A stretch of DNA of 64,000 bases, from the NCBI GenBank assembly GCA_963526735.1, contig CAURNU010000003.1:62530-126529 (forward strand), written 5' to 3'. A program made the translations under genes and the position numbers. The stretch's first letter is position 1; each line of letters starts with the position of its first letter. The stretch is from an uncultured Candidatus Saccharibacteria bacterium (GTDB lineage: Bacteria; Patescibacteriota; Saccharimonadia; Saccharimonadales; Saccharimonadaceae). Of this stretch, positions 34,331 to 44,021 are shown piece by piece. The notes under the pieces are model-generated. The model made no database searches, had not been told where the DNA came from, and saw only the letters and a program-made list of their open reading frames with translations.

Positions 34331-37054
34331 CTATTTCGGCTGGTTTTTCGATTTATTGTGAGGTGGACGACGGCGTGGACGTTTTTTAGCAGTAGTGCCA
34401 GCTGGATTCTGCCCTGTCGATGAACCGGTGTTGGTGTTTGGCGTGCCAAAGAGGCTCTTGATTTCACTCAGAGCTTTTGGATTGAGGCGTTGGTAGCCAC
34501 TATCGGAGGTATCGGTGCCATCAGGCGCAGGTTCATGATCAGAAGGGCGCATCTTACGCAAATCAAGCTGATTATTTCCCCTATTATCCCCTGTCGGTTG
34601 GTGTAATTTTTCTTGAAAACGCTGGCGACTTGGTGTATCGAATTGTTCAGGAATCTTAATGACGCTAGCGATTTCATGCTCAACATCAGCTCGATTACGG
34701 CCGTAATGACGGCGACTGTGATCGATAATTTGGTCGAGATAATCAGCTGGTGGTTCAGGCAGATTGAGGGTCGAAGCCGAGAAGGCCGGTTGTTTTTCAC
34801 CGTTAATAATCATGCTCATAATGAAATGACGGTTGTGCATATTGACTAAATCATTGACCTCAAACTGTGGTTCAAATTGCTTGACTAACAGCGGTGCATC
34901 ATCAGCTGATACGCGGAAGGAAATCATCGAACCGACGTTACCGAAGACGGCAGTGCGTACTTCATCGCTCATCTGGGCAATGTATTGATTGGCAACGGTC
35001 AGGTTTAGAGCGTATTTGCGCGCCTCAGACAGAATAGTGGCGAAAGAGTCGGTGGCAAAGTTCTGGAACTCGTCAACGTAGAGATAGAACGGACGACGAT
35101 CGGCGATGTTCGGAATATCAGAACGACTCATGGCGGCGAGCTGAATCTTGGTCACTAAGAATGCCCCCAAAATACCGGCATTATCCTCGCCGATTAGACC
35201 TTTGGAGAGGTTGACGACCAGGATTTTACCATCATCCATCAGTTGGCGAATATTAAAGGTTGATTTTGGTTGGCCGATGATATTACGAATAATTGGGTTG
35301 GCGGTGAAGGCACCGACTTTGTTCAGGACTGGCGCAATAGCTTCAGTGGCGTATTTTTCATTCCAGCTAGCAAATTCTAGTTTCCAAAACTGTAAAATCA
35401 CAGTATCAGTGACGTAATTGAGAGTTTCTTTGCGGAACTCCTTATCGGTCAACATACGGGTAATGTCGAGAATGGTCGTCTCCGGTCGTTCTAGAAGCGC
35501 GAGAATGGTGTAACGCAAGATATGCTCGAGGCGTGGACCCCAAGAGTTACCGAACATGCGTTTGAGCACGCCAATTACCTCTGATGAAACCGTCAGGCGT
35601 TGGCTCGGGCTAGTAATTTCCAATGGGTTAAAACCAAGCGGAAAAGCGGTATCAGCTGGGTTAAAATAAATGACGTCTTTAATTCGTCGCTCAGGGATGA
35701 AGCGTAAATTATTGATGGCAAAATCACCGTGCGGATCAATAATCGCATAGCCTTGATTATGATAAATATCAGATAGAGCTAAGAGTTCTAGAGTACCAGA
35801 TTTACCAGCGCCAGTCTGACCGATAATATAGAGGTGACGAGAACGATCCTTGCGTAACATACCAAATTGATGTTTGACGCCTCGGAAATCGGTCATACCG
35901 AAAGCTGAAATGGCGGGATTAGGAGCAGCATTGGGGTTGATAATTGGCAGTTTGGACGGTGGTTCGGCGGTTTTAGAAGAGGCCCAAACAATATTAGGAG
36001 TTTCGACGTTAGTGTGGGGCAAGTGGTAAACGCTAGCAAGCTCTTCAATATTCAAAATAAAACCCTCATCGCTAAAACTACGAGCTTGGTAGGCAGTAAT
36101 TTTCTCGGGGTCGAAGCTCGATTGTGACATCTGAAAACCGTTCAAATTGGTACTGTTAAACTGCTTGAAGGTGCCGATAATCGACTGCATGCGCAAGCGA
36201 GCATGGTCTTCGTTACTGCCGGCGTAAACAATACGGATTTTGACTTTAAAGCCAAGTTTAGCGGCTTTTTTCTCAGCCTCCGAGACTTGGAGTTTTTCGC
36301 GCTCGGAGAGCTCGGGCTTGTCGGGTTTTTCGCCAGCTTCGGGCGGTTTGGCAAGCGCGCCCAGGGCAGTTAAAAACCATTTAGCATCAAGGGCAAATTT
36401 AGTCTTTTTATCAGTGATATTATCTTTGACCCATTTTTCGGAATCTTTGTGCCAGGAGTCGGCAATTGGACGAATTAGAATCTGAATCCATAATTCTTCA
36501 TCAGCATCTTCGAGTTTAGCTAAAGTTCCAGTAATGCCAGCTAAGGGGTCAACCTCGAAGCCATTAAAAGTACGAATTGGCAAAAACTCCGATTCTTTGA
36601 GGTTAACTTCAGCGGTGTGGACTACTGGCTTGCGGACATTGAGTGAATAATCATAATCGGCGGTTTTAATCTGAACACTAGGGTATTGAGCGTAAATCTG
36701 ACCTTCAACGAAATTGCGCAGGGTTTTTGGTAAACATAGATAAAACATAATCTGCCCATTGACGGTAGCAATTTCAAAACTGAGGTGTTCTTGAGGCACG
36801 CCACTCTCAATCAAGCTGGCGTCACGCAAAATACCGTGCAGACTAGCAAATAACTGTTCAGCGGCAAGTTCAGATTTGTCGTTGGTTTTGGGGATTTCGA
36901 GAATTAACAGTGTGCTTTCGGCTGATGATTCGATGGTTTGAATTTCGAGCTTTTGGTAATTGCGCCAGGTTAAATAGAGTAACAGAGTAACGGTTGGCAT
37001 CCATACATACCAACTCAAGATGAATTTTATTAAGCCGGAAATCATTTCTAACAT
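34331..37054 (-). CDS. Membrane-anchored TraD/VirD4/TrwB-like (type IV coupling protein-like) ATPase
   Basis: N-terminal TM hairpin, an unknown domain of about 380 aa, Walker A IIGQTGAGKSGT, Walker B FYLYVDEFQNF, then SEARKYALNLTVANQY. The C-terminal tail is basic and disordered. Confidence 0.7.
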   Translation of the reverse strand: MLEMISGLIKFILSWYVWMPTVTLLLYLTWRNYQKLEIQTIESSAESTLLILEIPKTNDKSELAAEQLFASLHGILRDASLIESGVPQEHLSFEIATVNGQIMFYLCLPKTLRNFVEGQIYAQYPSVQIKTADYDYSLNVRKPVVHTAEVNLKESEFLPIRTFNGFEVDPLAGITGTLAKLEDADEELWIQILIRPIADSWHKDSEKWVKDNITDKKTKFALDAKWFLTALGALAKPPEAGEKPDKPELSEREKLQVSEAEKKAAKLGFKVKIRIVYAGSNEDHARLRMQSIIGTFKQFNSTNLNGFQMSQSSFDPEKITAYQARSFSDEGFILNIEELASVYHLPHTNVETPNIVWASSKTAEPPSKLPIINPNAAPNPAISAFGMTDFRGVKHQFGMLRKDRSRHLYIIGQTGAGKSGTLELLALSDIYHNQGYAIIDPHGDFAINNLRFIPERRIKDVIYFNPADTAFPLGFNPLEITSPSQRLTVSSEVIGVLKRMFGNSWGPRLEHILRYTILALLERPETTILDITRMLTDKEFRKETLNYVTDTVILQFWKLEFASWNEKYATEAIAPVLNKVGAFTANPIIRNIIGQPKSTFNIRQLMDDGKILVVNLSKGLIGEDNAGILGAFLVTKIQLAAMSRSDIPNIADRRPFYLYVDEFQNFATDSFATILSEARKYALNLTVANQYIAQMSDEVRTAVFGNVGSMISFRVSADDAPLLVKQFEPQFEVNDLVNMHNRHFIMSMIINGEKQPAFSASTLNLPEPPADYLDQIIDHSRRHYGRNRADVEHEIASVIKIPEQFDTPSRQRFQEKLHQPTGDNRGNNQLDLRKMRPSDHEPAPDGTDTSDSGYQRLNPKALSEIKSLFGTPNTNTGSSTGQNPAGTTAKKRPRRRPPHNKSKNQPK

Positions 37055-37176
37055 AACCGTATTATCTCATATTTTACTAAAAAACTCAATCGCGTCTCGA
37101 GTGTGTTAAACGGACTGGCGAGCGACGCAACTCCCCTACTCTTTTTGTGTGAAAAATAGCACTCGTTAATGAGCGA

Positions 37177-38229
37177 TTAGGCTTTGGGTACGAAGTCGTA
37201 AGTTGCTTTAGCGACGCGTTTGAACTCAGGTCGAGCCTGAAGGTTTAATAGCACGGTAGTTTCTTTGACTTTGCGTCGTTTAAGGACTTGTTTAACGATA
37301 TCGTCACGATACATTGGCTGACCGTTTTGTTTGATGACATCAGCGATAATATCTGCTACAGTGCCTTTTTTATAACCCCATTCATTGAGGGCGTAAATCC
37401 CCCGCCCGATTAGCACGAAGCGTTTATCTTTGATCAGTTCGTTGTGAATGGCCTGTTTGGTGACGTCTTTGCGTTTAAAATTACTACTCGCAATCTGGCT
37501 AGCAATATCCGAAAAATGCATCGGCTGGCCGTTTTGCTTCAAGACAACGTAAATTTTGTCTTTGATATTGCGAGGGTTAACATTCGGGTCGGTTGCCATG
37601 CCCCAGAGGTCGTTAAGGGTAGCGAGTTTTTTCGAAACTGTCGCTAAAGCGAGAATCTGCTTTGGATGGTTATAATCGAGTTTAGCGTCAAGCTCTTCAA
37701 GACTGAGGGGCTGTTTGTTGGTTTTGATTAATTTAACAATTTCGTCAATTTGTTTGCGGTAGGTTTTAGCGTCGCCAAATTCGGCAATAGCAATTGCTTG
37801 AGCATAAGAGTCGTTTTCGTCGATTAACACTAGTTTGTTGCTAACTTCAGCGATAAAAGCCACCGTTAAATCATCGCGCGCATCGAGCTGGTCGGTGAAG
37901 ATATTCTTGGTTAGGGTTTTGGTCATGAGGATGTTGCCGTTTTCGGTCAGTTGGCGAACGACGAGTTTTTCAAAGGCTGGCAAGTTGGCAATTTTGCCAT
38001 CATCAGCGGCGATTTTCAAACGAATCAAGATGGCTTTTTCGAGTTGGCGGACGCGCTCACGAGTGATGCCCAAAAACTCGCCGATTTGTTCGAGAGTTTC
38101 GGTTTTGCCGTCTAGACCGAAGCGTCGGGTGATAATCTGTCGTTCACGATCCTGTTCTAAATAGCTCAACAGATCATTAATTACATCTGTTAGAATTTGA
38201 TGCTCGGCCGATGTTTGTTTGCCAGTCAT
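37177..38229 (-). CDS. Sigma-70 region-4 HTH protein fused to two HARE-HTH-like modules
   Basis: The N-terminus ETLEQIGEFLGITRERVRQLEKAILIRLK is sigma region 4.2-like. Two C-terminal repeats of the pattern NGQPM.F.DI....(n)..IYAL.EWGY resemble HARE-HTH (RpoE-delta-like). Confidence 0.55.
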   Translation of the reverse strand: MTGKQTSAEHQILTDVINDLLSYLEQDRERQIITRRFGLDGKTETLEQIGEFLGITRERVRQLEKAILIRLKIAADDGKIANLPAFEKLVVRQLTENGNILMTKTLTKNIFTDQLDARDDLTVAFIAEVSNKLVLIDENDSYAQAIAIAEFGDAKTYRKQIDEIVKLIKTNKQPLSLEELDAKLDYNHPKQILALATVSKKLATLNDLWGMATDPNVNPRNIKDKIYVVLKQNGQPMHFSDIASQIASSNFKRKDVTKQAIHNELIKDKRFVLIGRGIYALNEWGYKKGTVADIIADVIKQNGQPMYRDDIVKQVLKRRKVKETTVLLNLQARPEFKRVAKATYDFVPKA

Positions 38230-38483
38230 GTATTAATTTTTCCTTTCGTTTGACGAGTGCCAGCGACATGGTGGCACGGTTTAAAATTTGTTAAATTATT
38301 ATCTTATATATAATTATACCATAAAATAGACTTTTTCAATATAAAATGTTGTAAAAATAGCAAAAAATCAACGGTAGGTTATGACGATGGTTTTAAAGAG
38401 TGAATATGGTATGAAACAAGACGCTTACGAGTGAAGTAAAACAAGCTCACTTGGCGTGAGCTATCGTGTTTGGAAGTCGAAAA

Positions 38484-40847
38484 TTAAGCAGATTTTTTAG
38501 TGCGTTTGGTGGTTTTTGTGGCGGTTTTAGCTTTGGCAGTCTTTTTGGCAGTGGTTTTAGCTTTTGCTGTCGCTTTTTTGGCAGTTTTAGCTAGCTTGCC
38601 GGTATTTGCTAAAATATCTAACGCTTGCTCTTTAGTTAATGTATGCGGATCGGTGTCCTTAGGCACTTTAGCATTAGTTTTGCCATCGGTGACGTAAGGA
38701 CCGAAGCGACCGTTTAAGACTTTCACCTCGCCAAAATCGGCGATATTTTTCTGGGCTTCTTGGGCAATTTTTTCTTGGTAAAATTGGCGCGCCGTCTCGA
38801 GGTCAATCATCAACGGATCATGATGTTTAATACTGACAAAAGTCGAGCCGACTTTAATATACGGACCGAAGCGACCAATATTGGCAATAATCTCTTGGCC
38901 ATCAGTGGTTTGACCAACCGTACGTGGCAACTTAAACATTTCTAAGGCCTGTTCAAGCGTGACGGTGTTGAGGCTGGTGTTAAACGGCATTGGCGCAAAC
39001 TGTGGCTTGTTGTCGTCGTCACTTTTGCCAAGTTGAATCATTGGACCGAAGCGACCTAATTTAGCAAAAACCGGTAGTTTAGTCTTCGGATCAATACCGA
39101 GTTCGCGTTCCATTGAAATCTCGGAACGCTTAATTCCGCCAGATTGCTCAATTAACTGATGAAATGGCTCATAAAAACCACGGAGCATTTTCACCTTGTC
39201 GAGCTGACCATGCGCGATTTGGTCGAATTCGGTCTCGACTTTGGCGGTGAAGTCATAGTCGACCACCTGATCAAAATGACCTGTCAAAAAAGTATTAAGT
39301 AATTCGCCAATCGGCTGTGGGATAAGCTTACCTTTATCAGAACCGGTTTTTTCGGTGACGGTGCTAGTGGTGACTTGGTTATTAGCTAAAGTCAACAAAA
39401 TTACCTCGCGTGGTTGACCTTCGGTTTGACCTTTGGACACATAACCGCGCGTAACGATAGTATCAAGAATGGTGGCGTAGGTTGATGGTCGACCAATGCC
39501 CAATTCCTCGAGTTTTTTCACTAAGCTACCTTCAGTGTAGCGAGCTGGCGGTTTTTTAAAAGTCTGGTGAGCTTCAGCAGTGATTAGCTCTACTTGGTCG
39601 TTGATTTGCAAATCTGGCAATGGCTGATCGGTTGATAAATTCTCGTATAATGCTAAAAAACCCGGGAATGTCACTACTTCGCCTTGCGCTACAAAAGCGG
39701 TGCCGGCCGGGTCGGCAGTGATAGTGGCAGTGGTTTTTTTGAGTTGAGCGGAAGCCATTTGACTGGATAAGGTGCGCTTGCGAATTAAATCATAGAGCTT
39801 TTTCTCTTGAGCGCTGGAGCCAGCAGATTCAACCGCTAAGTTAGTCGGGCGAATGGCTTCGTGGGCTTCTTGAGCGCTGGCTGATTTGGTAGCGAAATTG
39901 CGGGCTTTGTGATATTTTTCGCCGTAAGTTGTGGTGATATAATCACGAGCTGATGCAATAATTTGCTTCGACAACACCGTTGAGTCGGTTCGCATGTAGG
40001 TGATTTTACCGGCTTGGTAGAGTTTTTGAGCGGCTGACATGGTTTGTTTAGAACTAAAACCAAACTTGCTGTTAGCTTCTTGTTGTAAGGTTGAAGTCGT
40101 AAACGGTGCTCGCGGATTTCGCTCGGCGTCGCTAGCTTTAACTTCGCTGACGATGAACTGGTTATTGATTAAGCCTTCTAAAATCTGTTGGGCTTCAGCT
40201 TGATCAGTCGCGCGAGTTTTAACTTCGGCTTTAAAATCAGTGCCATTGGTTTGAAATTGACCAGTGATCTTGTAATCAGCTTGCGCACTAAAATCACGAA
40301 TCTCCTGCTCGCGCTCGACCACGAGACGGACAGCTGGTGATTGAACACGACCGGCGCTTTTGCCACCTGGCACTTTGCGCCACACAACTGGCGATAACTC
40401 AAAACCAACCAGACGATCGAGAATCTGTCGAGCTTGTTGAGCTTTGACTAACTGCATATCAATGGTGCGCGGATTAGCAATTGCTGATTCTAACGCACTC
40501 TTGGTGATTTCATGAAAAACAATTCGCTTGGTGGTTTTGGGGTCGAGATTTAACACTTCGGTTAAATGCCAAGCGATCGCCTCCCCTTCGCGGTCTTCAT
40601 CGGTTGCGAGCCAAACAGTTTCGGCTTGTTTGACGGATTTTTTAAGCTCGGTGATGACTTTTTTCTTGTCGGGATCAATTTCATAAATCGTTTTAAAATC
40701 ATTTTTGATGTCGATTGGCGGAGTTTTACTTTTGACCGGAATGGAGCGGATATGACCAACGCTGGAGAGTACTGTAAAATCTTTACCGAGATATTTCTCG
40801 ATGGTTTTGGCCTTGGCGGGGCTCTCAACGATCACTAGATTCTTCAT
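38484..40847 (-). CDS. topA: DNA topoisomerase I
   Basis: The Toprim start MKNLVIVESPAKAKTIEKYLG, the catalytic Tyr context (ITYMRTDS), and C-terminal repeats GRFGPY x3. An Ala/Lys/Thr-rich tail is present. Confidence 0.95.
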   Translation of the reverse strand: MKNLVIVESPAKAKTIEKYLGKDFTVLSSVGHIRSIPVKSKTPPIDIKNDFKTIYEIDPDKKKVITELKKSVKQAETVWLATDEDREGEAIAWHLTEVLNLDPKTTKRIVFHEITKSALESAIANPRTIDMQLVKAQQARQILDRLVGFELSPVVWRKVPGGKSAGRVQSPAVRLVVEREQEIRDFSAQADYKITGQFQTNGTDFKAEVKTRATDQAEAQQILEGLINNQFIVSEVKASDAERNPRAPFTTSTLQQEANSKFGFSSKQTMSAAQKLYQAGKITYMRTDSTVLSKQIIASARDYITTTYGEKYHKARNFATKSASAQEAHEAIRPTNLAVESAGSSAQEKKLYDLIRKRTLSSQMASAQLKKTTATITADPAGTAFVAQGEVVTFPGFLALYENLSTDQPLPDLQINDQVELITAEAHQTFKKPPARYTEGSLVKKLEELGIGRPSTYATILDTIVTRGYVSKGQTEGQPREVILLTLANNQVTTSTVTEKTGSDKGKLIPQPIGELLNTFLTGHFDQVVDYDFTAKVETEFDQIAHGQLDKVKMLRGFYEPFHQLIEQSGGIKRSEISMERELGIDPKTKLPVFAKLGRFGPMIQLGKSDDDNKPQFAPMPFNTSLNTVTLEQALEMFKLPRTVGQTTDGQEIIANIGRFGPYIKVGSTFVSIKHHDPLMIDLETARQFYQEKIAQEAQKNIADFGEVKVLNGRFGPYVTDGKTNAKVPKDTDPHTLTKEQALDILANTGKLAKTAKKATAKAKTTAKKTAKAKTATKTTKRTKKSA

Positions 40848-40987
40848 TTAAATAAGTATAAAGCTTTTACGGCAAAATGGCAAATTTCCGTGATTGTTGT
40901 TTTTTAAATAATGCAGATAGTAAAGATGAAAAGCAAGGGTTTTACTTTGCTTTTTTAAATTCTTGAAACGTATGATATGCTCGTATT

Positions 40988-41704
40988 ATGCAGTATCGAT
41001 ATAAAATCTTTTATGATTTATCTGTTGATGAGTGGAACTGGCTGGATGCGCATAATCCAATCCATGGTCAAAATTGGCGCAATATCTTACTTAATGTTGA
41101 TGATATTAAGCTTTATGATAAATTAGCTGAGTTGCCCGACCAACAAGCTGAGGACTATATTCATCACCAACTGCTTAAGCGTCAACAAGGTAGTGAAGTA
41201 TTAACTAGATTCCAAACTCAATTAGAACGGCAATTAGCTGAACGGTTTGTGTTAGCATGCCAAGCTGTTGAACGCTTAACAAATAAACCATTGTTTTTAA
41301 CGGAATATCATTTCCTTTTAACTACCTTCCCACGGTTGCCGTATAATTATTATGATAACATTGGTGAAGTGTTTGTTTACGCAACACTCGACCAACGAGC
41401 TAGTGATCCAATTTTGATGTTTATGCATGAATGTTTGCATTTTCAATTTCATGGGTATTGGCAAAATAATCCTGATTCAATTGTTTCAAAATTATCTAAT
41501 GATAAATTTGAAATTCTAAAAGAATCTCTGACAGTTATTCTTGATGATGAGTTAAAGCCACTAATTACTCATATTGACGAGGGCTATGCTGAGCATCAGG
41601 TTTTACGCCAGAAATTACATAAATACTGGCAAAAATACCATGATTTTTCTACATTGGTAGAATTTGGATCTAATTTGTTGTACGAAAAGTTAAACATAAA
41701 TTAA
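40988..41704 (+). CDS. Hypothetical protein with HExxH motif
   Basis: MFMHECLHFQFH contains H-E-x-x-H. The ORF is AT-rich and isolated between convergent and divergent host genes. Confidence 0.4.
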   Translation: MQYRYKIFYDLSVDEWNWLDAHNPIHGQNWRNILLNVDDIKLYDKLAELPDQQAEDYIHHQLLKRQQGSEVLTRFQTQLERQLAERFVLACQAVERLTNKPLFLTEYHFLLTTFPRLPYNYYDNIGEVFVYATLDQRASDPILMFMHECLHFQFHGYWQNNPDSIVSKLSNDKFEILKESLTVILDDELKPLITHIDEGYAEHQVLRQKLHKYWQKYHDFSTLVEFGSNLLYEKLNIN

Positions 41705-41862
41705 TTAAAGTAAGCAGTGTTATTTAATGAACTTCAAAATAATGACCATTTATTCTGTTAGTTAATAAATCTTGTAGGATTAAGTAGTTTCCTTTGTATT
41801 TGGATTTTTTGCTATTTCATTCAATCTGACCCATGAATAAGAACTAATTTCATAACCATTAG

Positions 41863-42732
41863 TTATATTTTCAGCATCCAGCGATTGGCGCCGAGCGGTG
41901 CGATATGACCGTTAATTTCTAACATAGTTAGATGAAAATTAAACTCGTCAGGGCTGAGTTTGAGCTGTTGTAGAATCTGGTCGCCATCACTTACGCCGTC
42001 AGCAATTAGTTTGAGAATGCGACTCTGAATCGGGTCGTTAATGATTGGTAATTTGGGCTGAGGGTTGGCAATGTTGGAACTGGTGATGCCGAGCGCTAAA
42101 CAGACATCTTCAGCTGAGGTGATCAGCTGAGCGCCTTGTTTGATTAAATTATGACAACCAACCGACATTGGACTGGTAATTGCGCCTGGGACGGCGAAAA
42201 CTTCGTGATTTTGACTGAGGGCGTGAGCGGCGGTTGAGAGTGTGCCACTGCGTGCGGCGGCCTCAACTACAATTACTCCGTCAGCAAGTCCACTGATAAT
42301 CCGATTGCGTTCCAAAAATTGATGTGGTAACGCTGGCTGGTTAGGTGCGTATTCACTGAGAATCACCCCGCCGGATTCTAAAATCTTCTGAGCTAAGTGG
42401 CGATTAGTATGTGGCGTGATATTATTGAGTCCGCTACCGAGGACGGCTACGGTCAATCCCCCAGCTTCCAGACAGCCTTTGTGAGCGATGGCATCGATCC
42501 CCAGGGCTAGCCCGCTGATTATTATCACACCTTTTTTGGCTAAGTCAAAAGCGAGTTGATGGGCAATTTGTCGCCCATATGCGGTGGGTTTACGTGAGCC
42601 GACAATGGCGACAATTGGCGCCTCCACCTCTGGTAATTGACCGAGATAATGGATTTTTTCGGGTGGTTGATAAGTCTCAACTAACCTATTGAAAAACTTA
42701 TGCTTAACTGGTGTAATAGATTTAATTTCCAT
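41863..42732 (-). CDS. dprA: DNA processing protein DprA (Smf)
   Basis: VGSRKPTAYGRQIA and GLALGIDAIAHKG Rossmann-like core motifs, with a C-terminal winged-helix-sized extension. Confidence 0.9.
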   Translation of the reverse strand: MEIKSITPVKHKFFNRLVETYQPPEKIHYLGQLPEVEAPIVAIVGSRKPTAYGRQIAHQLAFDLAKKGVIIISGLALGIDAIAHKGCLEAGGLTVAVLGSGLNNITPHTNRHLAQKILESGGVILSEYAPNQPALPHQFLERNRIISGLADGVIVVEAAARSGTLSTAAHALSQNHEVFAVPGAITSPMSVGCHNLIKQGAQLITSAEDVCLALGITSSNIANPQPKLPIINDPIQSRILKLIADGVSDGDQILQQLKLSPDEFNFHLTMLEINGHIAPLGANRWMLKI

Positions 42733-42749
42733 AAAATAGTATTTAATAG

Positions 42750-42778
42750 TTGACTTTATATCTAAACTATGCTATAAT
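42750..42778 (+). promoter_or_regulatory. Near-consensus promoter with no downstream + strand ORF
   Basis: TTGACT (42750-55), 17-nt spacer, TATAAT (42773-78). Confidence 0.6.
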
Positions 42779-42784
42779 GAAAAT

Positions 42785-43016
42785 GTTGGTGAGGATTGAG
42801 AGCCTCATCGAACATCAGTTTAACACATAGCAAGTTAGAAATATTATCCCCTTCCCCTTTTTTATTAACAAAACTATCTTGATGTGTGTCATAACCCCTT
42901 TAACCGGCGGACCCCAGTGAACTATGAGGTGGGTCACGCTTCTCGGGAGAGCCCAAAAAGGTGTGTTAAAGGGTCAAATGGCGCTAGGTGATGCCCACCC
43001 TTACCTAGCGCTTTTT
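42785..43016 (+). ncRNA. Candidate structured non-coding RNA, about 230 nt, class unassigned
   Basis: It is bounded by the promoter above and by a + strand terminator (GCGCTAGGT-13 nt-ACCTAGCGC-TTTTT, 42981-43016). It has a 5' hairpin at 42783-42815, long-range complementarity, and no ORF of 60 aa or more. Confidence 0.45.
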
Positions 43017-43585
43017 GATTTTTTAACGAGTTTGTAGGTGGAGTTTTCAAAAGAGCCACTAATGAAGTTTTGGGTCAGAATCTGGACTTGGTTCGAGATG
43101 TCGGATAGGAATTGCTGTTCGTCCTTAGTAAAATGCCCCAGGACGAAGTCGGATTTAGCGATGAGGTTGCGTTTGTCATTGTTGATGCCGATTTTGATAC
43201 GACGGAAGTCGACTCCAATTTGGCTAATGATCGATTGCAGACCTTTATTCCCGCCAGCACTACCTGTGTCGCGGGTTTTAATTACGCCAAAATCAAGTGA
43301 CAGATCATCATGTAAAACTAATAAATCGGTAGTAAAATCGATTTTATAAAAATCAGCAATGGTTTTTAAAGTAAAACCGGTGAGATTATAAAAAGTGGTG
43401 GGTTTAACTAGCAAAACTTTTTCGCCACCGATACGCAGTTCACAAACTAGCGCCCGAAAAGCCTTTTTTTCGCTCCAAATACCCTTGTAATTGCGAGCGA
43501 TGTCATCAATAATTCGAAAACCAACATTGTGGCGGGTGTTGTTGTAATTACTGCCGACATTTCCCTGAGCCAAAATTAATTTCAT
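43001..43585 (-). CDS. pth: Peptidyl-tRNA hydrolase
   Basis: MKLILAQGNVGSNYNNTRHNVGF and the DD..L..G pattern (VLHDDLSLDFG). Confidence 0.9.
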   Translation of the reverse strand: MKLILAQGNVGSNYNNTRHNVGFRIIDDIARNYKGIWSEKKAFRALVCELRIGGEKVLLVKPTTFYNLTGFTLKTIADFYKIDFTTDLLVLHDDLSLDFGVIKTRDTGSAGGNKGLQSIISQIGVDFRRIKIGINNDKRNLIAKSDFVLGHFTKDEQQFLSDISNQVQILTQNFISGSFENSTYKLVKKSKSAR

Positions 43586-43671
43586 AGCATTTCCTTTATT
43601 AAAACTTATGGTTATATTTTAACACAAAAACCGCCTCCTCGGGCGGTTTTGTCTTTGTTTAAAAAAAAAGT

Positions 43672-43887
43672 TTATTTTTCGCAGTCGGCTTTGTTGCCTT
43701 CTAGACAAGAGATGCGTTTATTAAGATGGATGTTATTTTCGGAGTTGGTGCTGAGGACTTTATTGTTGGAGGCTTGAAACTGATTCCATGAATAAACAAT
43801 ACCGCATAGCCACAAAGTGTTGATAATAGTTAAGATTAGAATAATTACTTGCAAAATTGTGATTGTCTGTTTTTTGTCTTTACTCAT
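43672..43887 (-). CDS. Small single-TM protein
   Basis: A 71-aa protein with one TM (ITILQVIILILTIINTLWLCGIVY). A hairpin terminator at 43626-43650 lies on its strand. Confidence 0.4.
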   Translation of the reverse strand: MSKDKKQTITILQVIILILTIINTLWLCGIVYSWNQFQASNNKVLSTNSENNIHLNKRISCLEGNKADCEK

Positions 43888-44021
43888 AAAAGCTCCTTTT
43901 GGGTTAAGAATATTACTAGTAGGCGTTTTTTCATTTGAACGCCCTCCCTTCTAAAAAGTACTAACTCACAAAAGAGAGTTGCAAGAATAGTATAGCATAA
44001 GGGTTTTTAAAAAACAAGTTA

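Noticed and set aside
34081-34800. Minus-strand ORFs 34081..34467 and 34468..34800 near the 3' end of the TraD-like ATPase gene.
   Set aside because: One runs through the terminator and non-coding DNA, and the other lies in an alternative frame of the ATPase gene. Both products are Arg/Leu-rich nonsense-like sequences.
42785-43016. Assignment of the candidate ncRNA to SRP RNA, 6S RNA, tmRNA or RNase P RNA.
   Set aside because: I could not find the SRP domain IV motif (..GGAAG..AGCA..), the tmRNA 3' T-arm/CCA end, or the RNase P P4 elements. A 6S-like closed rod is not evident. It is left unclassified.
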